Assembly (NCBI RefSeq): GCF_020745735.1
Contig: NC_083422.1
Location: 21,018,001 to 21,082,000 of the forward strand
From: Hemiscyllium ocellatum
Taxonomy: Eukaryota
Reading direction: 5' to 3'
DNA length: 64,000 nt
Shown here piece after piece: positions 35,620-49,761 of this stretch. The notes below the pieces were generated by a model that saw nothing but the letters and a program-made list of their open reading frames with translations, ran no database searches and was not told where the DNA came from. The position numbers and the translations under genes are program-made. Position 1 is the first letter of the stretch. Every line of letters begins with the position of its first letter.

Positions 35620-37560
35620 TTTATAGAGTCATAGAGTAATACAGAATGGAAACAGTCTCTTCATTCCAACCAGCCCATGCCAAACATAATACCAAATTAA
35701 ACTAGTCCCACTTGCCTGCTCATGCCCCTTATCCCTCCAAACCTTTCCTATTTGTATATCTATCCAAATGTCTTTTAAATGTTGTAATTGTGCCAACATA
35801 CACCACCTCCTCAGAAAGTTCATTCCACAAGAGAACCACCCTGTGTAAAACATTTGCTTCTCATGATTTTTTAAAATCTCTCTCCTCTCATCTTAAAAAT
35901 GTGCACCCTAGTCTTGAGACTCCCCCTCCTAGGGAAAAGACAAATGCCATTCACTCTATCTATATCTTTCCTTATTTTGTAACTTTCTATCAGGCCGCTT
36001 CTCAACCACTTATGCTGCAGTGAAAAACCCCAGACTATCTCGTCTTTCTTTATAACACAAAACTTCCATACCTGGCAACATCCTGTTAAATTTCTTCTGA
36101 ACTCTCTCCAGCTTAATAATATCCTTCCTATAAATGGGCAACCAGAACTTGTCACAGTACTCCAGAAGAGGCCTCACCAAAGTGTTGCACAGCCTCATCA
36201 TGTCTTTCCAACTCCTATACTCAAAGTATTGAGCAATGAAGGCAAGCATGCCATATGCCTTTTTAACCACCCTATCTACATGTGATGCAAACTTCAAAGA
36301 ATTATGTACTTGTACCCCATGTTCTACAACACTACCCAAGGAGAAAGTGGGGACTGCAGATGCTGGAGATTAGAGTCAAAAAGTGTGGTGCTGCGAAAAA
36401 ACAGGCAGCATCTGAGGAGGAGGAGAGTCGACGTTTCGGGGGAATGTGGGGGACTGGGGGGGAGGTGCCCAAGGGGGCTGAGAGATAAATGGATGGAGGG
36501 TGGAGCTGGGGGGAAGGTAACTAGGAAGGTGATAGGTAGATGATGGTGGGGGTTGATGATGATAGGTTGGAGCAGAGGGTGGAGTGATTAGGGTGGAAAT
36601 AGGATGGACAAGTAGGACAGTTCAAGAGACTGGTGCCATGTTGGAAGGTTGGCACTGGTATAAGGTGGAGGGAGGGGAGATTAAATTGGTGAAATTGACA
36701 TTGATTCTGTGTGGTTGGAGGGACGCCCTGAACAAACCCACAGTCCTGTGGCTGAACACATCACTCCCCACGCCCCCACAATGCCAAGGACATGCAAGTC
36801 CTGGGCGTCCTCCACCACCAAATCGCTGTCACCCGGTGCCTCATCTTCCACCTTGGGACCCTCCAACCACATAGAATCAATGTCAATTTCACCAGTTTCC
36901 TCTTGAACTGTCCTACCTGTCCAGCTTCCTTCCCACCTATCCACTCCACCCTCTCCTCTGACATATCACCCCCCCACCTTCATCTACCTATCGCCTTCCT
37001 AGCTACCTTCCCCCCAGCCCCACCACCCTCCCATTTATCTCTCAGCCACCTTGCCTTCCCCCTTCAACAACCCCCACATTCCTGATGAAGGGCTTATGCC
37101 CAAAACATCAACACTGCTGCTCCTCAGATTCTGTCTGACCTGCTCTGCTTTTCCAGTACCACACTTCTGAATACTGCCCAAGGCCTTACCATTAATTGTA
37201 TAAGCACTACCCTCGTTTGTTGCAATATTTTGCATTTATCCAGATTGAACTCCATCTGGTATTTTTCAGTTGATCCTATTTGACCAAGATCCCTTTGTAA
37301 TCTTAGAAACCAATTTTGGTGTCATCCACAACCTTACTAACCATGCCTTCTACATTCTCATTAAAATCATTTATATAAATGACAAACAAAAGAGGACCCA
37401 GGACTGATCCCTGTGGTACACCACTGGCTACAGGCCTCCAGTCCCAAAAGTAATACTCCACCATCACTCTCTGTCTTCCGCCGTTAAGCCAAGTATCCAA
37501 TTGGCATGTTCACCCTGAATCCCAAAGGCTTTACAAAGATCCAAATAAACAATGTCTACT
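35620..37560 (-). mobile_element. CR1 RT/3' fragment, interrupted by a PLE at 36342-37170
   Basis: VKKAYGMLAFIAQYFEYRSWKDMMRLCNTLVRPLLEYC and [23 protein letters not shown]. Confidence 0.85.
36342..37170. mobile_element. Palindromic PLE fragment (two inverted 3' arms) with imperfect 13 bp TSD
   Basis: acactacccaagg (36329-36341) vs atactgcccaagg (37171-37183); arms carry LIFHLGTLQPHRINVNF in opposite orientations. Confidence 0.75.
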
Positions 37561-40249
37561 GCTCTGCCAACAGTAATCTTTTGATAACTTCCTCATAAGA
37601 CTCAATCAAGCCTGGGAAACATGCTATTCCTCGCACAAAACTCTAAATGTCCATAAATCTTATCTTTTCTAATCACCTCAAACAACTTACCTACAACCTT
37701 GTTCAAACTTTAGCGATACCTTTCTGGAGTAATTTTAGGTAGACTGGACACTTTTCCGAGCCAAGAGTGACTAACTTAGGGCCCTTCATGAGTTTGCGCA
37801 ATGTACAGCAAGAAATTATCTGATCACAGTAGTCAACATTCTGTTGGATGGTTTGGAAGGCAACAACATCTGGTCAGACATACATCTTACATATGTGGGC
37901 AACCATAAGCCTGTAAGTCTTCATCCAGCATAAGATCCTACTGTGACCTGCAAAAAATCCTAATTTAAATATTTGAGCAAGGTTCCTGCTTCTTATGATT
38001 GGGAATGCTAACTGCTTATTGCAAAGTGAGCTAGAAAATTGAGTTGTTGGACGAATTTTTTCCTTGTCTGTTTATTACTTCATTCTCCAAGTAAACAGGG
38101 CAGTACATATGAGAAAGTCACACCCCACTATGGTTGAGATAGTTCCAGTATTATAGTTAATCAAACATTCACAAGCTTTAGCTGTTACATTGAGTGGCCA
38201 TCCCCATTTCCTTTGGGAAGTGGAATCTTCAGATATCCTGAGTGATATGTTGTTCTCCAGACGTGGAAGCAAAGGAACAGTTGTTTTATCTGAAAAGCAT
38301 AGCTGAGACAGGATTTAAAAAGTAATTCCTCATACAAGTTAATGGTAATGAAAGCATCATAAATTTCTCTTGAGGAAAATAGTGTTAAGTGCTCAGTGCA
38401 AAATTGCTCACACCTCTGATTTGAAAGGCTTTGGGCTCAATTCCCATAACAGAGACTTGAGCTCATAATCTCAACTGTTACTTCCCTGAATTATCAAAGG
38501 AGGACTGCACAGATTATGATGCTGTCTTTTGGATCAAACTCGAAACAGTAGCTAGGATATACCTACTCTCTTAGGTGAACAGATCCTAAGACTGTTTAAA
38601 AAAAAAAGAGATTGGGGGTGCTTTGAACTTTATCCTTGGCAATATTTATCTCACAATCAACATCACTGAAAAAAAATTATCTGACCATTATCTCTTTTTG
38701 TTTATGGGACCATGTGTATGAGTTATCTGTCTACATTATAGCACATTTCTTAAATACTTAATTTGCCATGAAGAGCTTTGGGATTGAGTTCATGAAAGGT
38801 TCTTTATAGTTTAATTATAGCCATTCAAAATGTTTGAGACAATGAGAAAAGTTGTAACAAAATTAGTATGAATCAGGCATAGAATTAGTTCCTGCCTAAT
38901 GAAGACACCAAAGACATAAGGTCACTAAGAAATGGTTAAGACTCAAAAAAAACATTTCCTCATGATGGCTAATGTTTGATTTGGGAAATAACACAGTCAG
39001 AATATCTAAAATGAAACCATGCATAAATAGGCTAACACATAAAATTGTTGTCTTGGCAATTGGTTAAGCCCAGGTGCTATTGTTGTAACGAACAGCTCTT
39101 TATGAAAAAGGATGAAAGTGCAAGACGACATTTTGGTTGTTGACAATTAAATCACAGACCTCTCCTTGACATGCAGTTTCTACCATAGGTATAGACATGA
39201 TTATGACCTGCGATGTTACTTGTGGTTGTCTATTTTAAAAGCCAGTTAATGTGTCCCAAGATAGAGTTGTGTTGGACCGAGCACAATGATTGTATTATGA
39301 AGATTGCATAAATACAGCAAAAACTATTTATGAAAATTAAACACATATGCTCAATAATTTATCTTACAATTTTGCAAATATTTTTAAACAAATGCTTTCA
39401 TTCTGGACACTGTTGGAGTTGTGACTCCAATAACCATGCACTCCAGCTGTGTGTTCTTATGGCAACATGACTGAATTGAAAGATAAATGTTTGTTTTACA
39501 GTTGCCTGCTGTTAGATCAAAAGGTTCTCTAGCATTGTTCACCATGTCAGGCTTTGATATTGTGTGGAAAAAATGATTATTAAAATAACTAGCTTATCAC
39601 TGGAATGACAAAGTGGTGTTTTGAGAACTGATGGTAGTCATTATGCTGAAAAGAGCCTTACACTTCAGATAGGGCAACTTATTTTTGTAATTTATCTGTA
39701 ACCCATTCTACCATTATCAACCAGAGAAAAGTGAGAAAAACTTTTGATATTTCAAAATGAAAATATTTCATTTTGATCAATGACAAGCTTGCAGTTATTT
39801 ATTTCCACCCAATCCGACTGAATTTCTAATTTCTCAATTTGTACTGGACGGAGTAACACTACTTTTGAAGATTTTCTGAGACTGTGATGAAAAGTGGGTC
39901 CCGACTTTACTGATGATTCGTGGCCATTCACTTATGCAATCTTACTTGGGGCACCAATTAGAGGGTAAACTCTGGAAGCAGTGTGCAGATAAGACAATGA
40001 GGTGAGTAGGCATTTAGCTGGATCATGATCTTAAAGCCGACAATATTGATGACGCTTATTTCCAGCTACAAATGACCACACTCCCATCACGCATTTCCCC
40101 ATTATCTCTGTCAATCATTATTCCTCACTCAGATTCAGGTAGGAACACTGCTTCCTGAACACTGTGAATAGCTCCCTCTCTTTCTCATTCCCCTATAGCA
40201 GAATTTCCTGCTTTTTGTGCTCTTTGCAACTTATGGCATTTTGCAAGAT

Positions 40250-40420
40250 ATGGGTGAGACTGGCTAAGTCAGCTTTTATTACCCACCCCTAATTGCCAGA
40301 GGGCAGCTAAGAGTCAATCACATTGCTGGAGTCTGGAGTGACATGTAGGCCAGACCAGGAAAGTATGGCTGATTTTCTTCCATAAAGGACATAGTGAACC
40401 AGATGGGTTTTCCCAACAGT
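40250..40420 (-). mobile_element. Deu-domain SINE fragment
   Basis: gagtcaatcacattgctggagtctggagtgacatgtaggccagacc... Confidence 0.55.
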
Positions 40421-40965
40421 TGATCCAATGGGATGCTTGCTGGTGTGTATTTGTGTAGGGGAATCTGATTGGTGCATAAGCCTTGAAATCAGAGCAAAAA
40501 CACATTCAACATCCATCATATTACTCCCTTGTGGACCTTTTCAACTTAAAACGCAGAAAGCACCTAACACTTGTGGAATCAAAGTAATCAACAAAGAATA
40601 CCAACCACCTTGCAATCTAAAATACTTTAACAATTCCTTTCAATAGAATTATTATAGGAATCCTTTCTACTCTTTAATTACATTTAAGCATGTTTGGGAC
40701 TAAGGGAGGGGGTGAGCTGGAGTACTGACGTCTAAAATGGTCATGTTGACATCAAAGTAACATTCATGTCGTTTAATATCATGATCTTCCTGCTCCAGGT
40801 ACACCCAATCTGTATCCAATACATGAGGATAAACACCGTAAGCAATATTGATTCTAATAACATTTGCCTGAAAACAGTGCATCTACAGGCCCTGTTATGT
40901 AACTGTATGGAACTTGTAGCTGGATGCTACTGGGCCCAATTTCTCCTTAGAAATCTCAAATTTGA

Positions 40966-41292
<327 letters not shown>

Positions 41293-41864
41293 TAATCACA
41301 ATAATTTCTGTAAGAGTAATTAATACATTTTATGATTAATGTCAAGCACATGAAATGGAGATGATTGACTTTATAACTTTACAATGTCTTTGTTAATATT
41401 AATTTTCCCTCCAAAACTAGGTAGGGCAAGCTCTGCATGAAAAGCATGCCAAAATTTCCTCAAGGCCTCAATGGTGCAACTTGCACAGATGGAAAAATAT
41501 GCATGAATATGATTTTCGGTGAATTTACAATGGCTGAGAATACTTACAGAGTTAGACCATTTAAGCTCTACCATTAGCTATTAGCTCTCCCTCCACCTAA
41601 CTCCATCTATATGCCTTGCTTTTGTATACATAAAACATTTTTAAAAATCTTTCAGTTTAGAAGTTTGACATTTATCCAGGCCCAACAGTTTATTTAAGTG
41701 GAAAAACAGTCTAGATTTCCAAAACTATTTGAGTGATGAAGTGCTTGCTCTCAACACCCACATGGCGTAGCTCCAGTTTTAAGGCTCCACCCCCTCTTTT
41801 AGACTTGGTTTGCTTTTAGTATTTTACTACAACTTGCCTCTGAAGTTAAGCTTCTTTTAGTCTT

Positions 41865-42351
41865 AGCTGCAAATGTGTTGCTGGTCAAAGCACAGCAGGT
41901 TAGGCAGCATCTCAGGAATAGAGAATTCGACGTTTCGAGCATAAGCCCTTCATCAGGAATAAGAGAGAGAGAGCCAAGCAGGCTGAGATAAAAGGTAGGG
42001 AGGAGGGACTAGGGGGAGGGGCGATGGAGGTGGGATAGGTGGAAGGAGGTCAAGGTGAGGGTGATAGGCCGGAGTGGGGTGGGGGCGGAGAGGTCAGGAA
42101 GAGGATTGCAGGTTAGGAGGGCGGTGCTGAGTTGAGGGAACCGACTGAGACAAGGTGGGGGGAGGGGAAATGAGGAAGCTGGAGAAATCTGAATTCATAC
42201 CTTGTGGTTGGAGGGTTCCCAGGCGGAAGATGAGGCGCTCCTCCTCCAGCCGTCGTGTAGTTGTGTTCTGCCGGTGGAGGAGTCCAAGGACCTGCATGTC
42301 CTCGGTGGAGTGGGAGGGGGAGTTAAAGTGTTGAGCCACGGGGTGATTGGA
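41865..42351 (-). mobile_element. Young 5'-truncated PLE (GIY-YIG C-terminus + pseudo-LTR) in DNTT intron 4
   Basis: AQHFNSPSHSTEDMQVLGLLHRQNTTTRRLEEERLIFRLGTLQPQGMNSDF, nearly identical to the 6263-7983 element. Confidence 0.9.
41925..41960 (-). ncRNA. Apparently intact minimal type I hammerhead ribozyme
   Basis: Minus strand ATTC-CTGATGA-A-GGGC-TTAT-GCTC-GAAAC-GTC-GAAT. Confidence 0.8.
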
Positions 42352-42854
42352 TTAGTAAGGGATGTACAAATTCCCTACTGTAGAGACAATTACAGTTAAT
42401 TCATTAATTAAGTAGCTTGTTTGAACAAATTTTTCTAATCAGTGACACTGATTCACCTTTGTAGAATTTCAGCTTGTATAAATGTGGTGGGTCTTGGTAT
42501 GTGTTCAAAGTAAGATACTAGACCAGACAGACTTATGCCTTTCAGACATGTATGTGACATGAAAAGTGACGTCCAATACAACAGTATCTTCTTCAGTCAC
42601 TCTCTCTATATAATGTAATGAACGGAGTGTGTTCCGCCAGTTAGCTGTATGTGTGTGTATAATGTGCAGTAATAATAGAAAGTACAGCCCAGATTATTTA
42701 CGTCTGTACCATAGCAGTGTAAATAGTTAGCATTGTTAATAAACTTCAAGACAGCTGTCTCAACAAAACCCCAACTCTCTGTGAGATATGTTATCTGGGC
42801 TACGGTATGGAAACCTGCAAAGTGTATCACAACGTAATTCATGTTTTCATGCAG

Positions 42855-42926
42855 GAAATACTGGAAGATGGAGTTAGCTCAAAGGTTGAGAATTTGCTCT
42901 GTGATGAGAAGTACAAAGCAAGAAAG
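42855..42926 (+). CDS. DNTT: TdT exon 5 equivalent
   Basis: ttttcatgcag|GAA...AAG|gtaagc; 72 nt, phase 0/0. EILEDGVSSKVENLLCDEKYKARK. Too short to appear in the ORF track. Confidence 0.95.
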
Positions 42927-43089
42927 GTAAGCAGATGTAAGAGGTGACAGCACATCAAGCCCAAAGCATTTAAAGTTAGTGCAGATACATTGTGGAGACA
43001 TTTTAAACTTTATGTTCTCTGGCCTATTTTGATTTTAAGGAAAAGTAATAAGGGTCTATTGCACGGGCTGCAAAATGTTGTGTAGAGAT

Positions 43090-43360
43090 CAGGGCGTGTC
43101 AAAGTCAGGATGTGTAATGGTCAGTGTGTTTAACAATCAGGGTGAATGAGTGTATAATTGCCATGTCTGTGATGGCTAGTGTATGTAATGGGGTGGGGAG
43201 GGGGGGGGGGGGGGGAGGTGGTGGGGGAACTGTCAGAATGTGTAATAGTTGTGTGTATTGGTAGAGTCTAGAGCAAGTATGTAAAGTCAGAGCATGGGAG
43301 AGCTAGACTGTACTGATATCATGCTGTGTTATTGTCAGGGTGTGAATGTAGAGGACAAAG
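43090..43360. repeat. Degenerate ~16 bp minisatellite (gtcagagtgtgtaat-like) containing a 16-G run
   Basis: Repeated gtcagNNtgtgtaat motifs; G run at 43200-43215; related block at 45420-45700. Confidence 0.55.
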
Positions 43361-43519
43361 TGTGGAATAGGAAAACTGTTAAATGGGCAAATTTTGTAAT
43401 AGTGAGAGGGGTGGAATCATCTAAGGGTCTGAGCATTGTAGTCTATGGCAAGGTGTGCTGCAGAATACGATCAGAATTCTGGTAAGGATCATCTCGACAT
43501 TAGGAGCATCTCACTCATA

Positions 43520-44370
43520 CAGTGTACAGCATGGAAACAGACTCTTTGGCCCAACTCATCCATGCTGACCTAAATTAATCTAGTCCCATTTGCCAGCTCT
43601 TGGCCCATATTCCTCTAAACCCTTCCTTCTCACTTCCGCATCCAAATGCCTTTTAAATGTTGTAATTGTGCCAGTCTCCACCACTTCCTCTGGCAGCTCA
43701 TTTTATACGCACACCACCTTTTACATGAAAGTTTTGCCCCTTGGTCCCTTTTAAATATTTCCCTTCTCACCTTAAATCTATGCCCTCTAGTTCTGGACTC
43801 CCCCACCCCAGAGAAAAGATCTTGTCTATTCACCCTATCTGTGCCCCTCATGATTTTATAAACCTCTATAAGGTCACCTCTCAGCCTCCCACGCTCAGGG
43901 CAAAATAACCCCAGTCCATTCAGCCTCTCCCTGTAGCTCAAAACCTCCAACTGCGGAAATATCCTTGTAAATGTTTTCTGAACCCTTTCAAACTCCACAA
44001 AATCCTTCCGATAGGAGGGAGACCAGAACTGCACACAATATTCCAAAAGTGACCTAACTAGCGTCCTATACAGCTGCAACATGACCTCCCAACTCATATA
44101 CTTAATACTCTGACCAATAGAGGAAAGCATACCAAATGCCTTCTTCACTTCCTATCCACTTGTGACTCCATTTTCAAGGAACTATCAGCCTGTACTCCAA
44201 GGTCTGTTTGTACAGCAACACTCCCCAGGACCTTACCATTAAGTGTACAAGTCCTGCGCTGATTTGCCTTTGTAAAATGCAGCACCTTACATTTATCTAA
44301 ATTAAACTTCATCCAACACTCCTCAGTCCATTGGCCCATCTAATCAGGTCCCATTATACTCTGAGGTAAC
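43520..44370 (-). mobile_element. CR1 ORF2 3' fragment
   Basis: ORF 43630-44148: KKAFGMLSSIGQSIKYMSWEVMLQLYRTLVRSLLEYCVQFWSPSYRKD. Confidence 0.9.
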
Positions 44371-45419
44371 CTTTCTCGCTGTCCTGCATTGACATTGTGA
44401 ACTTGGCCCTATCAGTCAGAGACACTAGGCTGATATTACTGCTGTCTTAAGATGTTGTTTAGCTTAGAAGCAAAACCTGCCTCAAAGCCATGAAAGTTGT
44501 CATAATTGTCAGGAGGCTTCAGTCAAGCCAAGGCAGGGAGTCTTGGCACAGTGAGTCAAGGGAAGCCTCCAGTAACAGACAAGGCACTATTTGGTCAGAG
44601 TCAGAATTCTATCCTCATAAGGGGTGATATGATCGATAGTTAACATACTCCGTCATGGAGTGTGAGAGAGGCAGCTATTCCAAAGATGAAAGTAGATGAC
44701 ACAGTTTTTACTGTTTGTGTAGGTGTGGAGGTGTCCTGAACGAGTGAGTAAGCAGCCCAGAGGGCATGCAGGGTTTGTGGTGTCTGGGGTTTGGGGTGGT
44801 TCAGGGTGAGTGGGGAGATGTTGCAGGCAATAGAGAGAGGAGTAGAGCATGGGTCTTGGTGGGAGGTAAGTATAGTAACAGAGATAGAGTGACTGTAAGG
44901 TATTCAAGAGAAGATGGAGTGGAGAAGGATATTAACCTTTTTTCTATAATTATGGGCATATAGCCTTAATATGGGCATATAGCACACCAGGCTGCCACAG
45001 AGTGGTGTCATGGCCTCCACTGCTGGGTCTGGGGCTGGAAAGGAAATCCAGTATCTGTATTACCCTGTCCAGAAGGACCTCCATAACACTGCCCATAAAT
45101 CAGGTTGCCAATTACCCCCTGACTGCCTTGTCCAGGGCAAATGTTCAGGGTAACTCCAAACTAACAGCACATATTGGGATATATTATGGTCTTTTGAAGA
45201 TGGTGCAGGTCAAGGGAATGCTGGGATATCTGCCGAGTGACCAGTTATTCTGTGAATGATGCAAGATAAAGTGGGGTAGGAATCGGAGGTAGGGAGATGT
45301 CATAGGGATGAGGCAGGTAAGTAATACGTGATTTTGGTAAGATACAATGAGGCCTATAAAGAGAGAATCTCTCCAAAACGATTGACACAATTTGAACTTA
45401 GTCAAAAAAAACAGTAAGT

Positions 45420-45700
45420 TTCAGTCTAGAGTGTAACATTCAGAGTGATTATTGGTCAGAATGTACAAATGTCCACTGTGTATATTGAACAGCATGTGTA
45501 ATAGACAATACATGTAATAGTCAGAGTATGTATTGGTTAGAGCACTTAGAGGATAAGGGGTGTAACAGTCAGGCTATGTAAAGATCATTGTGCATGATGG
45601 TCAAAGCATTTAATAGATGGGATTTGTAGTGAATGGGGTATGTAATGGATAAATTGTGTAATGACCACATGTGTTATGGTTGTAAGATAAGGACATTAAT
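45420..45700. repeat. Degenerate ~16 bp minisatellite
   Basis: gtcagaatgtacaaat / gtcagagtatgtattg / gtcaggctatgtaaag units. Confidence 0.5.
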
Positions 45701-45739
45701 GATGGAAAGATTGGGGGTGTGCATCAATACTCTGGGCAA

Positions 45740-48630
45740 CATCAATATGATGAAGAAGGTGGTGTTGGGTGTCTTGAAAAACATTAAAGTAGATAAGTCC
45801 TCAGAGCCTGATGGGATCTGTCCTAGGATACTAAGGAGGCAAGGGAGGAGATTCCATAAGCCTTGACAGAGATCTTTGTATCCTTTGTAGCCACAGGCAA
45901 AGTTCCAGAATATTGGAGATTAGCAGATCTTATTCCTTTGTTTAAGAAGGGCAACTGAGATAGTCAAGGAAATTATTGACCGGTGACCCTTATGTTAGTG
46001 GTTAGGAAATTATTGGAGAAAATTCTTAGGATCATGATTTAGTTGCATTTGGAGAAGAGTAGACTTATTAAGGATAGTCAGCATGGCTTTATGCAGGGGA
46101 CATCTTGTCTCACAAATTTGATTTGAGTTTTTTGAGGAAGTAACAAAGATGATTGATTAGGGTAGGGCAGTGCATGTTGGATAAACGGGTTTTACTAGTA
46201 AAGCATTTGACCAGGTCACTTATGGTAGGCTGGTCCAGAAGAATCGAATTGACTTGAATTAATTGTCACGTGTACTGAGGCTCAGTGAAAAGCTTTGTCT
46301 TACGAGCAATACAGGCAGATCGCATAGTTAAATAGCATAGATAAATAAATAATAGGCAAACAGCGGCAAAAACAAAAACACAAGTACAGGCAAATGCTAA
46401 GAGTTTGTGAGTCCATTCAGTATTTTAACAACAGTAGCGTAGAAACTATCTTGAAATTGGCTGGTGCATGTGTTCAAGCTTCTCTACCTTCTCCCCAATG
46501 ATGGAGGTTGTAGAAAAACATTACCAGGGTGGGATGGATCTTTTGAGAATGCTGGCTGCCTTTCCTTGACAGCGGGCCTGGTAGATGGATTCTATAGATG
46601 GGAGGTTGGACTTTGTGATTGCCCGGGCTGAGTTCACCACTCTCTGTAACCGTCTTTGATCTTGAATGGTACAGTTGCCATACCAGGTAATAATACATCC
46701 AGACAGAATGCTCTCAATGGCACACCTATAAAAGTTAGCCAGTATATTCACCATCATGCCAAATTTTCTCAGCTGTCTAATGAAGAAGAGATGCTGGGCC
46801 TTTGTAACCAGTGCATCCACATGAAGAGTCCAAGAAAGCTTATATTGATGACCACTCCCAGGAGTTTGACACTCTCCACTTATTCCACCTCTGTGCTGTT
46901 AATGTATAGGGGGGCATAAGTAACATCCCACCGAAAGTTTCTTGGTTTTGCCGGCATTGAGAGCTAGGTTATTCTCAGTGCACCATTTTTTCAGGTCTTC
47001 TACCACCCATCTGTAATCTGTTCCATCACCATCTGAGATTCGACCAACTATGGTGGTGTCATCAACGAACTTGTAAATGGCATTAGTCTGGTATTTGGCG
47101 ACATAGTCATGGGTGTGCAGTGAGTACGCACCCCTTGGGGGCTCCAATGTTGAGTATGCACCCCTTGGGGGCTCCAGTGTTGGGCGTTGGTGAAGATGAA
47201 ATATTGTCCCCAGTCTTCACTGATTGTGGCCTGTGGGTCAGAAAACTGAGGATCCAGTTGCAGAGAGTGTGACTTAGTCCGGGATCACTAAGTTTAGTAA
47301 TCAGTCTCTAGGGGATAATAGTGTTGAAAGCTGAACTATAGTCAATGAGTAGGATTCTTACGTAGCTGTTCTTGGTGTCAAGATGTTCTAGGGAAGTGTT
47401 AAGGGCAAGTGATATGGCATCTGACATGGACCTGTTGGTTCGATAGGCAAATTGGAGTGGGTGGAGAGGCTGTAGTTGATTAATGCCACGACCGGCCTTT
47501 CAAAGCACTTCATGACCCCTGAAGTTAGGGCCACTGGGCAGTAGTCATTGAGACATGCTGCATGAGCCTTCTCAGGCAAAGGGATGATGTTGGAAGATTA
47601 AGTTACAAGGAATCCATAGTGAGTTGGCAAATTGTATACAAAATTAGCTTGATCATAGAAGACAGAGGGTAGTTGTGGAGAAGTGTTTTTCTGACTGGAG
47701 GTGTGTGACCAGTGGTGTTTCACAAGGAACAGTGCTGGAATATCTGTAATATTCACCTCTGTACAACTGCCCATCTTAGCCATGCCCTTCATAACTTTAT
47801 ACATTTCTATCAGGTCGTCCCTCAGCCTCTGATGCTGTATCGTAAACAATCCAGTTTTGTCCAACCTCTCCTGATAGCTAATGCATTCCAACCCAGGCAA
47901 CATCCTAGTTTTGCATCCTCTCCTAAGCCTCAGGATTCAGTTGAACGGAAAAATTGTAATATTTACAAATGATTCGGATGAAAATATAGGTGGCCTGATT
48001 AGTAAGTTTACAGATGATACAAAAATTGGTGGAGTTATGGATAGTGAGGAAGGTTATCAACAGGTACATCAGAATATAGATTAGTTGGAAAGTTGGGTAG
48101 AGAAATGGCAGATGAAGTTTAATCTGGGCAAGTGTGAAATGATGCATTTTGGAAGGTCAAATGCAAGAGAAAAATATACAGTAAATGATAGGACCCTTGG
48201 GCACATTGATATACAGAAGGATCTTGGGGTGCAAGTCCAAAGCTCCCTGAAAGTAGCAACGCAAGTGGATAAGGTAGTGAAGAAAGTGTACGGCATGTTT
48301 GCCTTCATTGGCCAGGACTTTGAGTAGAGAAGTTGGCAGGTCACAATGCAGCTATATAAAATTTAATTTAGGCCACATTTGGAATATTGTGTGCAGTTCT
48401 GATCACCACACTGTTGGAGGATGTGGAGGCTTTGGAGAGGGTGCAAAACCAGGAGGTTGCCTGGAATGGAATGCATTAGCTATCAGGAGAGGTTGGACAA
48501 AACTAGATTGTTTACAGTACAGCATCAGAGGCTGAGGGACGACCTGATAGAAATGTATAAAATTATGAAAGGCATGGCTAAGGTGGATAGTTGAAGATAT
48601 TTTTTTCCCAGGGTGAAAATTTCAAATGCT
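45740..48630 (+). mobile_element. CR1 RT fragment interrupted by a Rex1/Babar LINE and a small inverted CR1 piece (47760-47910)
   Basis: VDKSSEPDGICPRILR (45790), GLISKFTDDTKIGG (47990), WQMKFNLGKCEMMHFGRSN (48105). Confidence 0.8.
46245..47600 (-). mobile_element. Rex1/Babar-type LINE, 5'-truncated
   Basis: [69 protein letters not shown]; 30 bp tandem duplication at 47121-47180. Confidence 0.85.
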
Positions 48631-49593
48631 AGGTACAGAGGAGCCCCATTTATCTCTCCACCCCCAAGGCTCCCAGCCTCATTCCTGATGAAGGGCTTTT
48701 TCCTGCACCTCAGATGCTGTCTGACCTGCTGTGCTTTTCCAGCATCACACTGCAGAAAAAAATTAACCTGCTGCTTTTTTTGGTGAGAATGTGTGGGGTC
48801 CAGTTATTGGGAGGAGACAGAAGGACTGAAGTAGTTTGATTCTCAATCCAGAGGAGAGGATATGGTCAGATCCCAGAAGTGAGGAATCTTTGACTGTGGT
48901 CTGGGCGAGGTGTTATCTCAATGGTGGGGTTGGGAGTTCAGTGCTTGGCAAGTGGATAACTTGGTGGACTATCCCTACTCTTTCTGACCCACAACCTCAC
49001 CCTGCCTCCCAAGCTGTAAGGAATCGAGATTTGACAACCTCAAAGTTATCGAGGTTGAATACATAAGACAAGTTAAGTGTGAAATGTCTGAGGTCAATAA
49101 ACTATTCAAGTGAGAATCTGCTTCCTATAGCAGGCCTGCCACCTGTCCACAGATAGAAAGTTTGGGATCTAGTTTGAAGTTTTAAAAATGTATGTATTGT
49201 GTTCAGTCTAATCCACTTGTATATGCTTTTTAGCATTAGCCACGTTATGTAGCTATTAAGACTAATACAGCATAAAGATGGATACATGCAAGCAAATCAG
49301 GAAGACTTTAGCAATTAATATTTCTTATCACTGTGGTTAATTTATATGCAAAACAAAACTTTGGGAATTTAGTTTAGAAAGTAGCATGAACAGGGTTATA
49401 AGAGCTATTTATTTTAATTTAGTAAAACCTTATCAGATAAAGGTTGCATTTTTGTTTAAAGCTTTTTGTCTCCCGATAATGTTTTGATGTAATTGTTTAA
49501 AAATCACTGTCAAAGTGAAAGCAATGAATGTGTAGTACAATGATGATGCATGGCAGAGTATATATATTCAGCCAACCATTTATTTAATCGTAG

Positions 49594-49761
<168 letters not shown>

